From an uncultured Pseudobdellovibrionaceae bacterium (GTDB taxonomy: Bacteria > Bdellovibrionota > FAC87 > UBA2466), in contig CAZBJE010000005.1 in assembly GCA_964492125.1 (NCBI GenBank), positions 8,964-72,963 of the forward strand: 64,000 nucleotides of DNA. Reading direction: 5' to 3'. A program made the position numbers and the translations under genes. This document shows, piece by piece, positions 22,501 to 30,460 of this stretch (positions are counted from its first letter, which is position 1; each line of letters opens with the position of its first letter). A model generated the notes under the pieces. That model saw nothing but the letters and a program-made list of their open reading frames with translations. It did no database searches and was not told the origin of the DNA.

Positions 22501-25476
22501 GTAGCCACCCTGCAAGGCGAGGATCCATTTGCTGTTGTGGACCTTCCACTATCGCTTTCCACGCAAGAAATTGCCGCACTACAGGGCGAGCGGCGTCGGC
22601 TTGCCGTTGCCGCCTTATTCAAGCGTATCGTGGCTCTGGTCGTCGCTGAACCCGCCATGGCTATTAATCGGGCGGAAGGGATAGGCGTCCGGATGACGGC
22701 TTTTATGTCTGCCTGGTCAATACTCCACCGAGCCCGACTGGCCGATGCCACTCGAGGGCTTGAAGCTCTCCTGGGTTCTGAGTGTGATCTGGTGCGCTTA
22801 TTGCGAGAACATATTCGGACATACACACCAAATCTGTCCAACACTGCCTCTCTCACTGCAGAATTCATGCGACTCCGCGATACCCTTTGGCGGTATTACC
22901 CGACCCTTATGGTGGCGGACATCCAAGGTCTAAAGCGTTCCGTTGCTCCGCTTACACTCCCCGCCACGGAAAAACTTGGAAATTGGAAGCGGATGCTTGG
23001 CTACTCTCCGCATACTCTTTCCGAATTCCCAGAAATTACACCCGAGGAAGAATTCCTCATGGGAGCGGGATTGGCGCGCCCAATCGATAATTTATTGACG
23101 CTGTCATTCGAGCCGGATCTAGAAGAACGCCTACGAAAAAGCTCTGTAGCAACCAGGACTGCGCTCAGAGACAAGTGGCTTGCCCAAAATCCGGAGGCCA
23201 AAGCCGACCGATTCGCGGCTGTCGCCAAAACGATGCTGCAGTTGGAATTTATGGTGGCTAAAATTCGACAGAAATTAGATGTCAAAAATGCCATTCGCCA
23301 AGTTCAGGAGACCGATAGGTTGCGGGGCATTTTATTGGAGCATTTAGGTGAACTGCGCAGCCTCTTAGTCACTATTTTCCCGGAAGACCCGCTCCTTGCT
23401 GAACTTGTGCAAGACGAGCCGGAGAATACTTTCGAAGTTGAAGCACTTCTGAAGTACTTGGATGAAACCTACTTTCTTTCTCTTCTACAGGCTGGCAGTC
23501 CACCGCTCCACGGGGAATACAAGCCGGGTAACTTCCCCATTTTGACCAAACCCCAGGCGCTAGGCGCGCTCAAACTCATACGCTGGAAAAGTGAAAACAC
23601 TCCGCACATCCCTCTGCAACAACCCACCGGAGTCGAGGCGGCGAAAGCAGTATTGGATGTAATTCGTCAATTGGAAGAGACGCTACCCACCCAGTGGACC
23701 GCTGAAACACGCGTGGGGTTTGTCTCGCAGCTCCAACTACTCCATCACCGCTTCACAGAGCCTGTCTGGGGCAAGAAGAATGCTTTCGTGCCGGGTATTT
23801 CTGCTTTGATTGAGGCCCTTTCTGATGGAACCGACGCTTCTGGCGACGAAACCACCCGGCGAATTAATCGAGCGTTAAACGACGACACATTCGCATTGGG
23901 AAGGCTTGCACTCCTAATTCACCCGACATACTTGACCGACAGTGGAGAAATAGAAGAGCAAGAACTCGCCTTGCTTTTTTCGGAAGGCGCAAAACAAAAG
24001 GTGGCCGCATTAGCGCCAAAGCCCAACCAGAACGCCGAAATAGCGGATGCTGGCTTGGAACACTTAGTGGTTTCTCAATTACTTCTGATGCAGAATATCC
24101 CTAGCGATACCGGCCCACATATAAGAACGGATGCACTGAAGGAATGCCTGAGACTTGCCCTATCTGAGTTACAGCTGGCCTATTCCTACGATCCCTTCTT
24201 CCAGATCGCGGCATTCAAACAAAATATCGCGGGCGACTCGGCATTTACCACTGTTGGATTATTGGCACTCACCATAGACCGTCTTTTCCAAATTCACGCC
24301 ATCAATCTATGGGGTCATCTGTATCGCCACCCTCTGTTCGAAGCCATGAACGAAATTTTCGTTCGCAGGCCCGACGCAAACCCAGAGCAGATCATAGAAC
24401 TTCTCCGCACCACTGAATTCAAGCAGCAGATCCCCGACACGGAGGAGGCGATGGCGGTGGTGCGACGTATGCATAGCCTCGACCGGCCGGCACCCACAGA
24501 CGCTAAGCAGGCAATTGAACTCGCGCGAGGTATTCTCCGTGACCCCTATTGGACTCGGAGCGCTGCACCCACCTCTGCCCAAGCTACGGCGATTCAATCG
24601 CTGGTGAAGTGGATGACCGTTCTAAGTGAGGCGAACTCAAATATCGATAGAATGGATAAACAGAAGCAAGCAGCCTCTCAGATAGCAATCGCTTCTATGA
24701 AAGCCAGTGTGCAGAAGGAACTTGCCGACGCTTTCGGCGAGAATTGCTCGATTCTTGCGCGGCTAGACAAATACGAAATCACGCGGGGCGCCCACGTGAT
24801 GAAGCTTCTAGAAATGGAGCTCGCGGTTCGCTTTCCGTGGAAAACAACCCCACCAGACGCCGCGATCAGCCAGCTCTTCAGTCCTAGCCCTGTTGCGATG
24901 AAAGCCTTTCCCCTTTCGCGAGAGCAAGCGCAGAGTCGGCTCCAGAAGGCTGGGTTAGGCGAAGATTTGGGCTCGGCATTCAAGACGATCATCGAAACCC
25001 TCGCGCTCACGCAGAATGCCGCCAATCGAAACCTGGTTAGAGGGGTTCCCGCCAACGGCACACTAGAACCCATAGTATTCCAAATGGTGGGGGCACTGAG
25101 CGCCTTGGTGCCAGAGGACGCCTACTTCTCCGCACTTTTGGAAAGCAAGGTATGGAAAACGCAAATGCTCCACTATGGCGCTATCCACATCCTTTGCGAG
25201 GCGTTGTTAGAGAGGATCCAATTCTATCCGTTCTACGGATCCCTAAAGACCGGCCCCATTCATCGCCCTCTCCATGGGATGGACGATATGCTCCAACGTG
25301 TTACTACCTACAAGACGGTCATCGAAAGAGGCCCGCAAAGCGACGAAGCCGCCTACGCTCAGGCCATTGGTGAACTGCCTTATTTGGAGCGTTTTTTAGA
25401 TCCTAAAAGCGAATTTTCTGAAGAAGAGAAAATGGTCGAAGCAACGCTCCACTTGGACAAGCTTATCCAGCCCTAA
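16561..25476 (+). CDS. Giant (2971 aa) signal-peptide-bearing protein with an internal SF2 DEAD/DEAH-like helicase/ATPase core; function unknown
   Basis: Single ORF of 8916 nt with a GTG start; an alternative GTG at 16570 has better GGAG spacing. The Sec-like N-terminus is MGLVRRLFSNTWAICVFLAIAFSSTVWA/QP. Motif I is GPMAYGKT (aa 637-644, nt 18469-18492). Motif II is FFIDEANQ (aa 764-771). A motif V-like element FDGGIDIPHLSGLVLIT lies at aa 979-996. Motif VI is FLGRSLRL (aa 1007-1014). The flanking ~600 aa and ~1950 aa are non-repetitive with no recognisable domain. Confidence 0.8.
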   Translation: MGLVRRLFSNTWAICVFLAIAFSSTVWAQPCPPELLKFAQIQEMLAQGTPGAQELLQFPAPFLRDSFAQLEEHQSIGLTVLYPEAFGYFQHHLLKTLYAETPDRVSPRVKLEDTWSEWLVLESLQSPTQIPLRDHLGLAPIDLSSRPVVLSEAHRQLRSQHWISADAVPLFWSPVFSHLEWLKQFGCSRENGVQSWLSNTSCLGTLRSLYGALTEAWLLAPRENWIPGGAIRVGGKLHADGWRISFEGGHLVLESLTEIKPSLVRFHARGMYQIHGFLERLLEPGARIEVYGQKIDTGKLRIRTKHGLVSLPMLRSLLGAQHFEKSSIVLPGAEAPPIAYDGRWGGFVKQFEATFEPEFFESVLPKDEVPYVASHLVHLQNRPVGIQTPGLFTLAQNRQRFIQFMASVMGDPESEPLLSAAIFLKETHEHRDLLVHVAVPGTSGIAEPTPTALENLDPRIKNADYAAILEEAVHRDVSYHPLEYPANTQKREFLLRVLMPYAGWRTLLSAPSAFRQVAIDDTSLTIEPYGSMMPLRVEWVPQTILSAPVWETTGVRTLKIPHGYRWPSDSSLFEFFDYGLVNHDLHRFTAPEWVERQRAGLGEPRVILKPGQKYILDRFRTTLDANPNTRLEVYIQGPMAYGKTLILHEALKDLIRRSPSGTTKRNLFFVVTGQKRLVEQISTELKRKRAHDLSEPVDFTHLSWETGNSRQQFGSLSEIADKAALEAASGRTVVVTVNWSYLNQRTKESSPEAIERLKNQLAGFFIDEANQAGADSNLNTVSNLTENVPEMVLWGQEAVGINRKVIQDIFHGNIWWVVPTENENQDPVQASLSQMTRSVRDGLIAPMAENASDKVLMHFTPEQLVRNRALPKGAQPRMIYRTIADATHREALYGYLANDLDQMLLRHRGLIRVENQQQASDLANYLQAYLHRARELEPSRPQRTIRAYFDGSPDHDGVYRGLSKTEGADRVDWAVVVKQFDGGIDIPHLSGLVLITEKIDPETFLEFLGRSLRLYPGKAPVEIVQISAAPSLPESLLAGLKRKQEALDAAVSSTTGVPSGDIPPVVLDTLSPVAVPQAPAPEAVAQVEAKRRIAFSPIGILPELTGSRDQILISQLARLAIHFDKPKLQWVQNHPEAELQYQTEMRILLESITDLAPNSVLSDFIRNSDSKQDPRRFEVWTLFNYLLAPVMDEFVLVHRPAQPPAEPRVFEAEYELGIYEGGEERILRYVRAGPSTQFTSWPPTGYPLENRLNTLQARWPEEWQDFPQDTPLQSLAFGITELTKRSHQFAIELARWLSIKANQNPDPQTVLLWTARFGKLIDCYRALLPNEPNLEAAARRVAFGSFDLQNLLVFAGRLQTDLRLRYSPLERLPLQKTWTARLFPLPDFEVNLHADVQKLESASAVRPKTKLNATEIHSMVDPWLDHLGEKLPGERKLVVEAYEFLKKVQTTLRRARDTSSPIDWQEHFEYAEVTPENLVEEPTKKLVVIRPGELGSLSGNEWESKLAWVVKAKALLDPRKYALVESEMKTRVPEGLQRRVFLNSWRVLEIIRLDNAVMAVVRRFGVQSELAKALISELDYLKNFVATDDPSNLLSFLKNSPVHSRPLSTQVPFTFFLKMIPSTELITPSEIDLNNPDSIMDRLLGYPAEASAIVASPLGEKTRRFSNVASLLFLGPQDRRTFELDALVRVVGPRLSAAPELEYEVRYSPEILLDMDAQIGGTPKLAKWPLTEQIAKERVATLKVSGPSALDQFANACAALHFYLTAAGVEAERASWLLKGGQTERIKGLIQQADLYLREGLRLSAALFGGDERLALLKRVYEESYSEQSNHQAGPLRQSELIQGIMISAHHWINEHYFSIGTSNPETDRFLMRASRFASVQKEITLKQLNADIAKLDRAASSLSGDSKPDADWLENPRQQIGAIVNPWSDNEGLPLPRDPGEMARSASQFMREILNDLRQYANTPDPLPLVTRIAFAPPSVATLQGEDPFAVVDLPLSLSTQEIAALQGERRRLAVAALFKRIVALVVAEPAMAINRAEGIGVRMTAFMSAWSILHRARLADATRGLEALLGSECDLVRLLREHIRTYTPNLSNTASLTAEFMRLRDTLWRYYPTLMVADIQGLKRSVAPLTLPATEKLGNWKRMLGYSPHTLSEFPEITPEEEFLMGAGLARPIDNLLTLSFEPDLEERLRKSSVATRTALRDKWLAQNPEAKADRFAAVAKTMLQLEFMVAKIRQKLDVKNAIRQVQETDRLRGILLEHLGELRSLLVTIFPEDPLLAELVQDEPENTFEVEALLKYLDETYFLSLLQAGSPPLHGEYKPGNFPILTKPQALGALKLIRWKSENTPHIPLQQPTGVEAAKAVLDVIRQLEETLPTQWTAETRVGFVSQLQLLHHRFTEPVWGKKNAFVPGISALIEALSDGTDASGDETTRRINRALNDDTFALGRLALLIHPTYLTDSGEIEEQELALLFSEGAKQKVAALAPKPNQNAEIADAGLEHLVVSQLLLMQNIPSDTGPHIRTDALKECLRLALSELQLAYSYDPFFQIAAFKQNIAGDSAFTTVGLLALTIDRLFQIHAINLWGHLYRHPLFEAMNEIFVRRPDANPEQIIELLRTTEFKQQIPDTEEAMAVVRRMHSLDRPAPTDAKQAIELARGILRDPYWTRSAAPTSAQATAIQSLVKWMTVLSEANSNIDRMDKQKQAASQIAIASMKASVQKELADAFGENCSILARLDKYEITRGAHVMKLLEMELAVRFPWKTTPPDAAISQLFSPSPVAMKAFPLSREQAQSRLQKAGLGEDLGSAFKTIIETLALTQNAANRNLVRGVPANGTLEPIVFQMVGALSALVPEDAYFSALLESKVWKTQMLHYGAIHILCEALLERIQFYPFYGSLKTGPIHRPLHGMDDMLQRVTTYKTVIERGPQSDEAAYAQAIGELPYLERFLDPKSEFSEEEKMVEATLHLDKLIQP

Positions 25477-26219
25477 GGAATGGGCGAACCGCACGCTTCA
25501 TTCGCGGCACGAGACAGAAAGAGCATTCGCAGCAGATCATTTGTTTGAGCCGGGTCTTCCGCTGCGGCCAACCGGCCCTCAATTCTGGCAAGCGTTTCAC
25601 CGTCCAGTAACCGATCTTTTGCAATTTGCCGGACCTGTTCCGCTCGACTGTTGGCCCAGACACGAAACTCCGACGCATCCTCGGGGTAGGATTCGTAGTC
25701 GACGGAATCAACAAGAGAAGTATCGGGATCCCAGTTCGATCGATCGACCTTAAAACGAAGTGCTTTTCCGCCAAAATCAAAAGATAAATAGTTCGCCCCC
25801 ATTCGACCGACTTGGTCCAAAAGTCCGGCGCGTTCAGAATAAAGGGAACTTGCTTTGAAAACCGGATCGGCGTTTACGCGTTTGGCTAGTTCGGCTGCCG
25901 ACTCCAATACGGCGGCCAAAAGCGCTTCGTAGTCCCCGGCTTGGTAAGCCGCTTGGAGCCGAGCCTCGGCAGTCGGCGCCCAGAGTCGTTGTGCTTCCAG
26001 TGATTACCGGCTACGAGGCAAATCCGTATAGAGCTCGGTATAGGACTGTGCCAGCGTGGTTCCACCCGCTACAGGGCGATCTCGCAGCTGCTTCAAAACA
26101 AACGGAGCCCGAAAGTTTTCGCACGCTTTATCAGTCGCTGTTTGAACTACTGTCGTAGCCACCGGGCGACTGCACCCAGCCAAAAAAATCAAAACAAGGG
26201 GCATCAGGCATCTAGTCAC
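25473..26219 (-). pseudogene. Lipoprotein gene interrupted by a single in-frame TAA (pseudogene, sequencing error or two-piece gene)
   Basis: The 71-codon ORF starts MTRCLMPLVLIFLAGCS (lipobox LAGC) and ends at TAA 26004-26006. The same frame stays open for 27 codons with no ATG (SLEAQRLWAPTAEARLQAAYQAGDYEAL), then joins the 148-aa ORF 25473-25919, whose listed start is a TTG. The total is ~247 codons in one frame. The 3' end overlaps the giant gene stop convergently. Confidence 0.5.
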
Positions 26220-26525
26220 AAATACTCCTTACCTGTGCGATAGAAGACAGAATCCCAAACTTAGTCAAGTGTCTAAGAACGGGTTTTAGGGGAGCGTGGG
26301 GATTGGGAGCGAGTTGGCTTGCGACTCTTTCACTCGGCGTGGAGCGGCGGTGCTGAGAGGTTTGCTCTTACTGCATTCCTTCTTGGTCGTCCTACAAGAC
26401 TTTTACTTTGCCCGGGCAAGGTAAGTGCTTGAACAAAGCGCGCATGGTAAAAAGCAGCAGAACGTCCGCAAGGTCCCAAGCCTGCTCGCCTCCCCTATTC
26501 ACGGCTCGCTGAGCAACCCCACCAA

Positions 26526-28181
26526 CTAAATTTCCGACCGGATCCCCCCTTGGAACAGCCACTCACCATTGAAAATGCCCAGCGTCCAAAGCGGCGCAAA
26601 ACGGGGTGAGCGCTCACTGAGAAACTGCAGCTCCAGACCGGCGCCCCAGCGGGATGCGCTAGGCAAGCCCGCTAAGTCGACAGCCACCGCTCCCAAAGAG
26701 GCGTATGCGCCCACGCGCAACCACGGCAGCAACTGGTAGCGGTAGGTCGTCCACAATGCCGCAGCCTGAGACTCCAGAAGCCGGTATTCACGAATGCCGG
26801 GCATGTCTGTGTCTCCCAAATCCGACAAGGCATTAAATGGCACCGTACCGTCGGTCGCGAGCAAGGCCGCGTTCACGTGCAGCGTATTGCGCAGATTAAT
26901 GCGAATGTGCGCCGCTCCCTGCAAGCGAGTGCGCGTAATCAAGACGTCGCCGGGTTCGGTGAAGAGCCACTCCTGGCGCAAGCGCCCAAAAAATCCTTGG
27001 CGAGGAGCTACTGCCCGATCCCGAGAATCCCAAGAGGCTTCCACCACGATGCCTTGCATGGATTTCCCGACCAAACCACCAGGCAACGGATCCGACGCAA
27101 AGTTTCGCCGCGTAACCCCTGCAGCCAGTTCTAAATTTTCCCAAACTGGCGCCGACAGAACCGCGTCGATATCCCAACTCGTCGTACGGAAATCACTTCG
27201 GGCCCCATAAACAGAAGCCATCCCCAAACCAAAATAATCGCGCACTCGATGAGACGCAGAAAACCGACCGACCAAACGCAACGGGGCTATCCATTCGCTC
27301 TCGGCTAGTTCGAGCTCTCCCCCGACGTTGCCGCGCGTAGAGGCCATCACCGCCGCCGTGCCACTTCGGCGTCGATCCCCCAACCGATCGTCCCAAACTC
27401 GCAAGCCCGCCCCAATGCCGCGCGCAGGTGAAGCCCCGAACAGAGGCGCCCAACCATACCCCAAAGCGTCGAAGCTGCGCGGTTCGCTGCGTTTCAAATG
27501 CAAAACCGCACGGGGGTCCGACGGACTGAGTTTTGCCGCCCGCTCCATCGCTTCCCGGGCCAGTGGCAAATTCCCCTGCCGTTCCAGCGTCAACCCCAAC
27601 CAGTAATCCGTTCCCGGGGCGGTGGGGGCACTGCGTTCGAGCACGCGCCAAGACATCAGCGAATTGCGGAAGTCTTGCCCAAATACCGGAGAGAGAGCAG
27701 AGCGTAGGCGCCCCGTAACGTGCAATCTTTCCGCGTCGTCGGCTTCACCCAATAAAATATTCTGCGTATCCGACGCTAAACGCTTGGCGCTGAAGTAGTG
27801 CATCCAGGGCAACCCCTGGGCGGTGCGCTCGGCCCCGGCCAATGCGCAGACAGAGGCAGCCCGCGCAGTCAGTGGGCCAGTGAGACTTTCGTAGTGACTC
27901 ATGCGCCAACCCACGCAGAAATCTTCCACTTTGGCCCACGCGCGCTGCGCAGCGTGGGGGTGGCCCGCTTCTCTCTCCAGCGCACCCAATGCCAACCAAT
28001 GCAGTGCCTGTTCCAATTCGGACTGAGGAGAGGAATCGCCGTACGTCGCCAACCGCCGAGTCAGCGTTTCGGCGTCGGCGTTCTGCAATTGTGGCGACAG
28101 AAAACTGGTGTCGGCGCAAACCACGCCACTGAAAACCAAAACCCATGACCACCTGCGCCAAGCAAAAAAAAGATTTCCCAT
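26526..28181 (-). CDS. Outer-membrane beta-barrel protein, Omp85/ShlB-like family (tentative), with helical TPR-like N-terminal region
   Basis: The start is chosen at MGNLFFAWRRWSWVLVFSGVVCA, which looks like a signal peptide. The C-terminal ~300 aa have amphipathic beta-strand periodicity and a TRG motif reminiscent of the VRGY/F loop 6 motif. The terminal residue is not aromatic, which lowers confidence. Confidence 0.4.
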   Translation of the reverse strand: MGNLFFAWRRWSWVLVFSGVVCADTSFLSPQLQNADAETLTRRLATYGDSSPQSELEQALHWLALGALEREAGHPHAAQRAWAKVEDFCVGWRMSHYESLTGPLTARAASVCALAGAERTAQGLPWMHYFSAKRLASDTQNILLGEADDAERLHVTGRLRSALSPVFGQDFRNSLMSWRVLERSAPTAPGTDYWLGLTLERQGNLPLAREAMERAAKLSPSDPRAVLHLKRSEPRSFDALGYGWAPLFGASPARGIGAGLRVWDDRLGDRRRSGTAAVMASTRGNVGGELELAESEWIAPLRLVGRFSASHRVRDYFGLGMASVYGARSDFRTTSWDIDAVLSAPVWENLELAAGVTRRNFASDPLPGGLVGKSMQGIVVEASWDSRDRAVAPRQGFFGRLRQEWLFTEPGDVLITRTRLQGAAHIRINLRNTLHVNAALLATDGTVPFNALSDLGDTDMPGIREYRLLESQAAALWTTYRYQLLPWLRVGAYASLGAVAVDLAGLPSASRWGAGLELQFLSERSPRFAPLWTLGIFNGEWLFQGGIRSEI

Positions 28182-28258
28182 TCTTTCTCCCGAGCCGGAG
28201 CTTACCAGCGGCATGCCGTCATTGCGAGTAACGGCGGTCGGTGCCAAAATGGATCAAC

Positions 28259-29257
28259 ATGAAAACCCAAACCTTTCTCGCTCCGCTTATCGTCGCCGTA
28301 TTCCTGATTGGCTGCACCCGTACACCGGAGAAGGTGCTGACCGGCAAGGTCTTTGGGCAGGCCTACGAGGTACGCGTGGCGGAGAGCAAACTCGCTACGC
28401 GGGAATTGAAAGCCACGGTAAGCGAAATCTTCGACGCCGCTGAAAACACGCTAGCGCTCGATAAAGCGGATTCCGAGCTCTCTCAGTTTAATCAAAGCGA
28501 AAAATTGATTTGGCTCCCCGCCTCACGCGCCCTTGTAACGGTCGCCGAGCAGGCCTTGGCCATCGCCAAAATCACAGACGGCGCATGGGATCCCACCGCC
28601 GGAAAACTCGTGGAAATTTACCGCAGCGCCGGCGGCAAGACGCCCGGCCCCCAAACGCTCGCCGCAGCCCGTGCCAAGATCGGGTACTACCACCTAGAAA
28701 CACGCCAAGAACCGCTGGCATTGAAAAAATCTCGGCGGGGAATGGTGGTGGATCTTACCTCGCTCGCCGGTGGCTATGCAGTGGATCAACTCGCCGAAGC
28801 ATTGCGCAAAAAAGGGCTGGGAAATTTCCAAGTCCGGGTGGGCAGCGCCACGCGAGCGGCCGGTTTAAATGCGCAGGGGGAGACTTGGCCGTACCACTAC
28901 CAGAAACCGACCAGCGTGGAGCAATCTCCGCTGCAGCTCACGGCCGATGTGATTGCGTTGGAAAACCGCGCGGCCGCCGTATTTGCGTTGCCCGTCGCGG
29001 GGAGCGACCCGGTGGTAGTTGATCCGCGATCGACGAAGCCTTTGGTTACGGATTTGATCAACGTTACGGTGGTGGATTTATCCGCGCTGAAAGCCCAGGC
29101 AATGGCGTTGGCGTTTTTTTCGGTGGGTAAAACGGCTGCCATGGAACTGGCCGCCAAGAAAGGCACCGCCGCGTTCTTCGTAGCCGAGACAAAAGAAAAA
29201 GGCATCGCCGAAGCGACGCCCTATTTCCCGTCTCCGATTCGATCGACGACTTACTAA
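28259..29257 (+). CDS. apbE: FAD:protein FMN transferase ApbE (lipoprotein)
   Basis: The start is chosen at MKTQTFLAPLIVAVFLIGC (lipobox). DLTSLAGGYAVDQ matches the ApbE DLGGIAKGYA motif. Length is ~330 aa. Confidence 0.8.
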   Translation: MKTQTFLAPLIVAVFLIGCTRTPEKVLTGKVFGQAYEVRVAESKLATRELKATVSEIFDAAENTLALDKADSELSQFNQSEKLIWLPASRALVTVAEQALAIAKITDGAWDPTAGKLVEIYRSAGGKTPGPQTLAAARAKIGYYHLETRQEPLALKKSRRGMVVDLTSLAGGYAVDQLAEALRKKGLGNFQVRVGSATRAAGLNAQGETWPYHYQKPTSVEQSPLQLTADVIALENRAAAVFALPVAGSDPVVVDPRSTKPLVTDLINVTVVDLSALKAQAMALAFFSVGKTAAMELAAKKGTAAFFVAETKEKGIAEATPYFPSPIRSTTY

Positions 29258-29264
29258 GCGCTCT

Positions 29265-29624
29265 TTAAGCGTTGTCGTCCGAATCCATGTCGTCGTCATC
29301 ATCGTCTTCATGATCGCCTTGCGCGCTGGGCAAGCTGACCAATTTACCGTTGATGCCGTCACGCAGGATGCGGCTCGGAGTAAAAGTGAGCACTTTGCGG
29401 GCCGAGATGACCATCGCATCGCCCGTTTGCGGGTTGCGTCCCATACGGGCCTTTTTGGCCCGTACCCGGAACTTTCCGAACCCTGAAATCTTGATGGAGC
29501 CGCCCTTGCAGAGCTCTTCCTTCATACTCTCAAAGACCAGCTCAACGAGATCAGCCGCTTCCTTCTTGGAAAATCCGACCTTCTCGTAAACCGACTCGAT
29601 CAATTCCGCTTTGGTCAGTGTCAT
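29265..29624 (-). CDS. Integration host factor / HU family DNA-binding protein (IHF-alpha-like) with C-terminal poly-Asp tail
   Basis: The core GFGKFRVRAKKARMGRNPQTGDAMVISARKVLTFTPSRIL matches the IHF-alpha signature. The C-terminal 20 aa are GDHEDDDDDDMDSDDNA. Confidence 0.8.
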   Translation of the reverse strand: MTLTKAELIESVYEKVGFSKKEAADLVELVFESMKEELCKGGSIKISGFGKFRVRAKKARMGRNPQTGDAMVISARKVLTFTPSRILRDGINGKLVSLPSAQGDHEDDDDDDMDSDDNA

Positions 29625-29731
29625 TGGAGCTCTCCCTATAAGATGGACGCTGCCTTTATATTATAAGAATGTTTTCAACTATCTACAAACCGAAAGTCGC
29701 TCCCCTCGAGAAGCGTCCCGGGTGTGGGGGA

Positions 29732-30460
29732 TCAGGGATTGCGCGCGAACTGCTGGAACATGAGCGGCATGGGGTCTACCGGCTGACGCCGCGCGCGGAC
29801 TTCAAAGTGCAGGTGATTGCCCGTGGAGCGGCCGGTCCGACCCACCGTTCCCACGTTTTGACCGCGAGTGACAAACTGCCCCTTCCGCACGCCGATCTTA
29901 GTAAGATGGGCATAAACGGTCGAAAACTGTCCAGCGTGTTGCACGATAACCATGTTGCCGTAGCCCGCGATTCGGTTCGTGGCGTACACCACGTGGCCGC
30001 TGCGCGCGACCCGCACAGGAGTCCCTTTGCGCGCCGCGATATCTATGCCTTCATGCATGTGGCGTCCACGCCCGCGCATGGTGCGGCGGCCGAATTTGGA
30101 ACTGATCGGCCCTTTGACAGGCCAAAGAAACGCAACCCGCATATTGGGGTCAACGCCGGGAGTTTCGCTTTCGTCGGAAGCCACCGCGCGTTCGCCGGGA
30201 GCTTCGTCGACTTCTTCATAAAATTCTTTGTTCCAATCCGGGTTCTCTTCGAACGGGATATAGATTTTCTGACCCGGCTTTAGCCCAGCAACCAAAATAT
30301 CTTGGTTGGCTTTTTCCAACGAGGCCGCCGGAACGTCATAAGCCGTTGCTAACTTGGCAATGGAATCCCCCGCCTGCACTCGGTGGTAACGGGATTGGAT
30401 TCCCGCGCACGAGGCTAGAGCAAGACAGAGCGTCCACAAAATTGAGGTCTGCAGCTTCAT
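29732..30460 (-). CDS. LysM + M23 peptidase lipoprotein (NlpD/EnvC-like murein hydrolase activator)
   Basis: The start is chosen at MKLQTSILWTLCLALASCAG (lipobox). The LysM region is YHRVQAGDSIAKLATAYDV. The M23 motifs are HEGIDIAA and NHLHFEV. Confidence 0.75.
   Translation of the reverse strand: MKLQTSILWTLCLALASCAGIQSRYHRVQAGDSIAKLATAYDVPAASLEKANQDILVAGLKPGQKIYIPFEENPDWNKEFYEEVDEAPGERAVASDESETPGVDPNMRVAFLWPVKGPISSKFGRRTMRGRGRHMHEGIDIAARKGTPVRVARSGHVVYATNRIAGYGNMVIVQHAGQFSTVYAHLTKIGVRKGQFVTRGQNVGTVGRTGRSTGNHLHFEVRARRQPVDPMPLMFQQFARNP

Noticed and set aside
16561-25476. Considered whether the giant ORF is an NRPS/PKS, RHS/YD-repeat toxin, or repetitive adhesin
   Set aside because: No condensation, adenylation or thiolation motifs are present. 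No YD or other tandem repeats are present. No Ig-like or beta-roll repeat periodicity is present. Only SF2 helicase motifs are recognisable.
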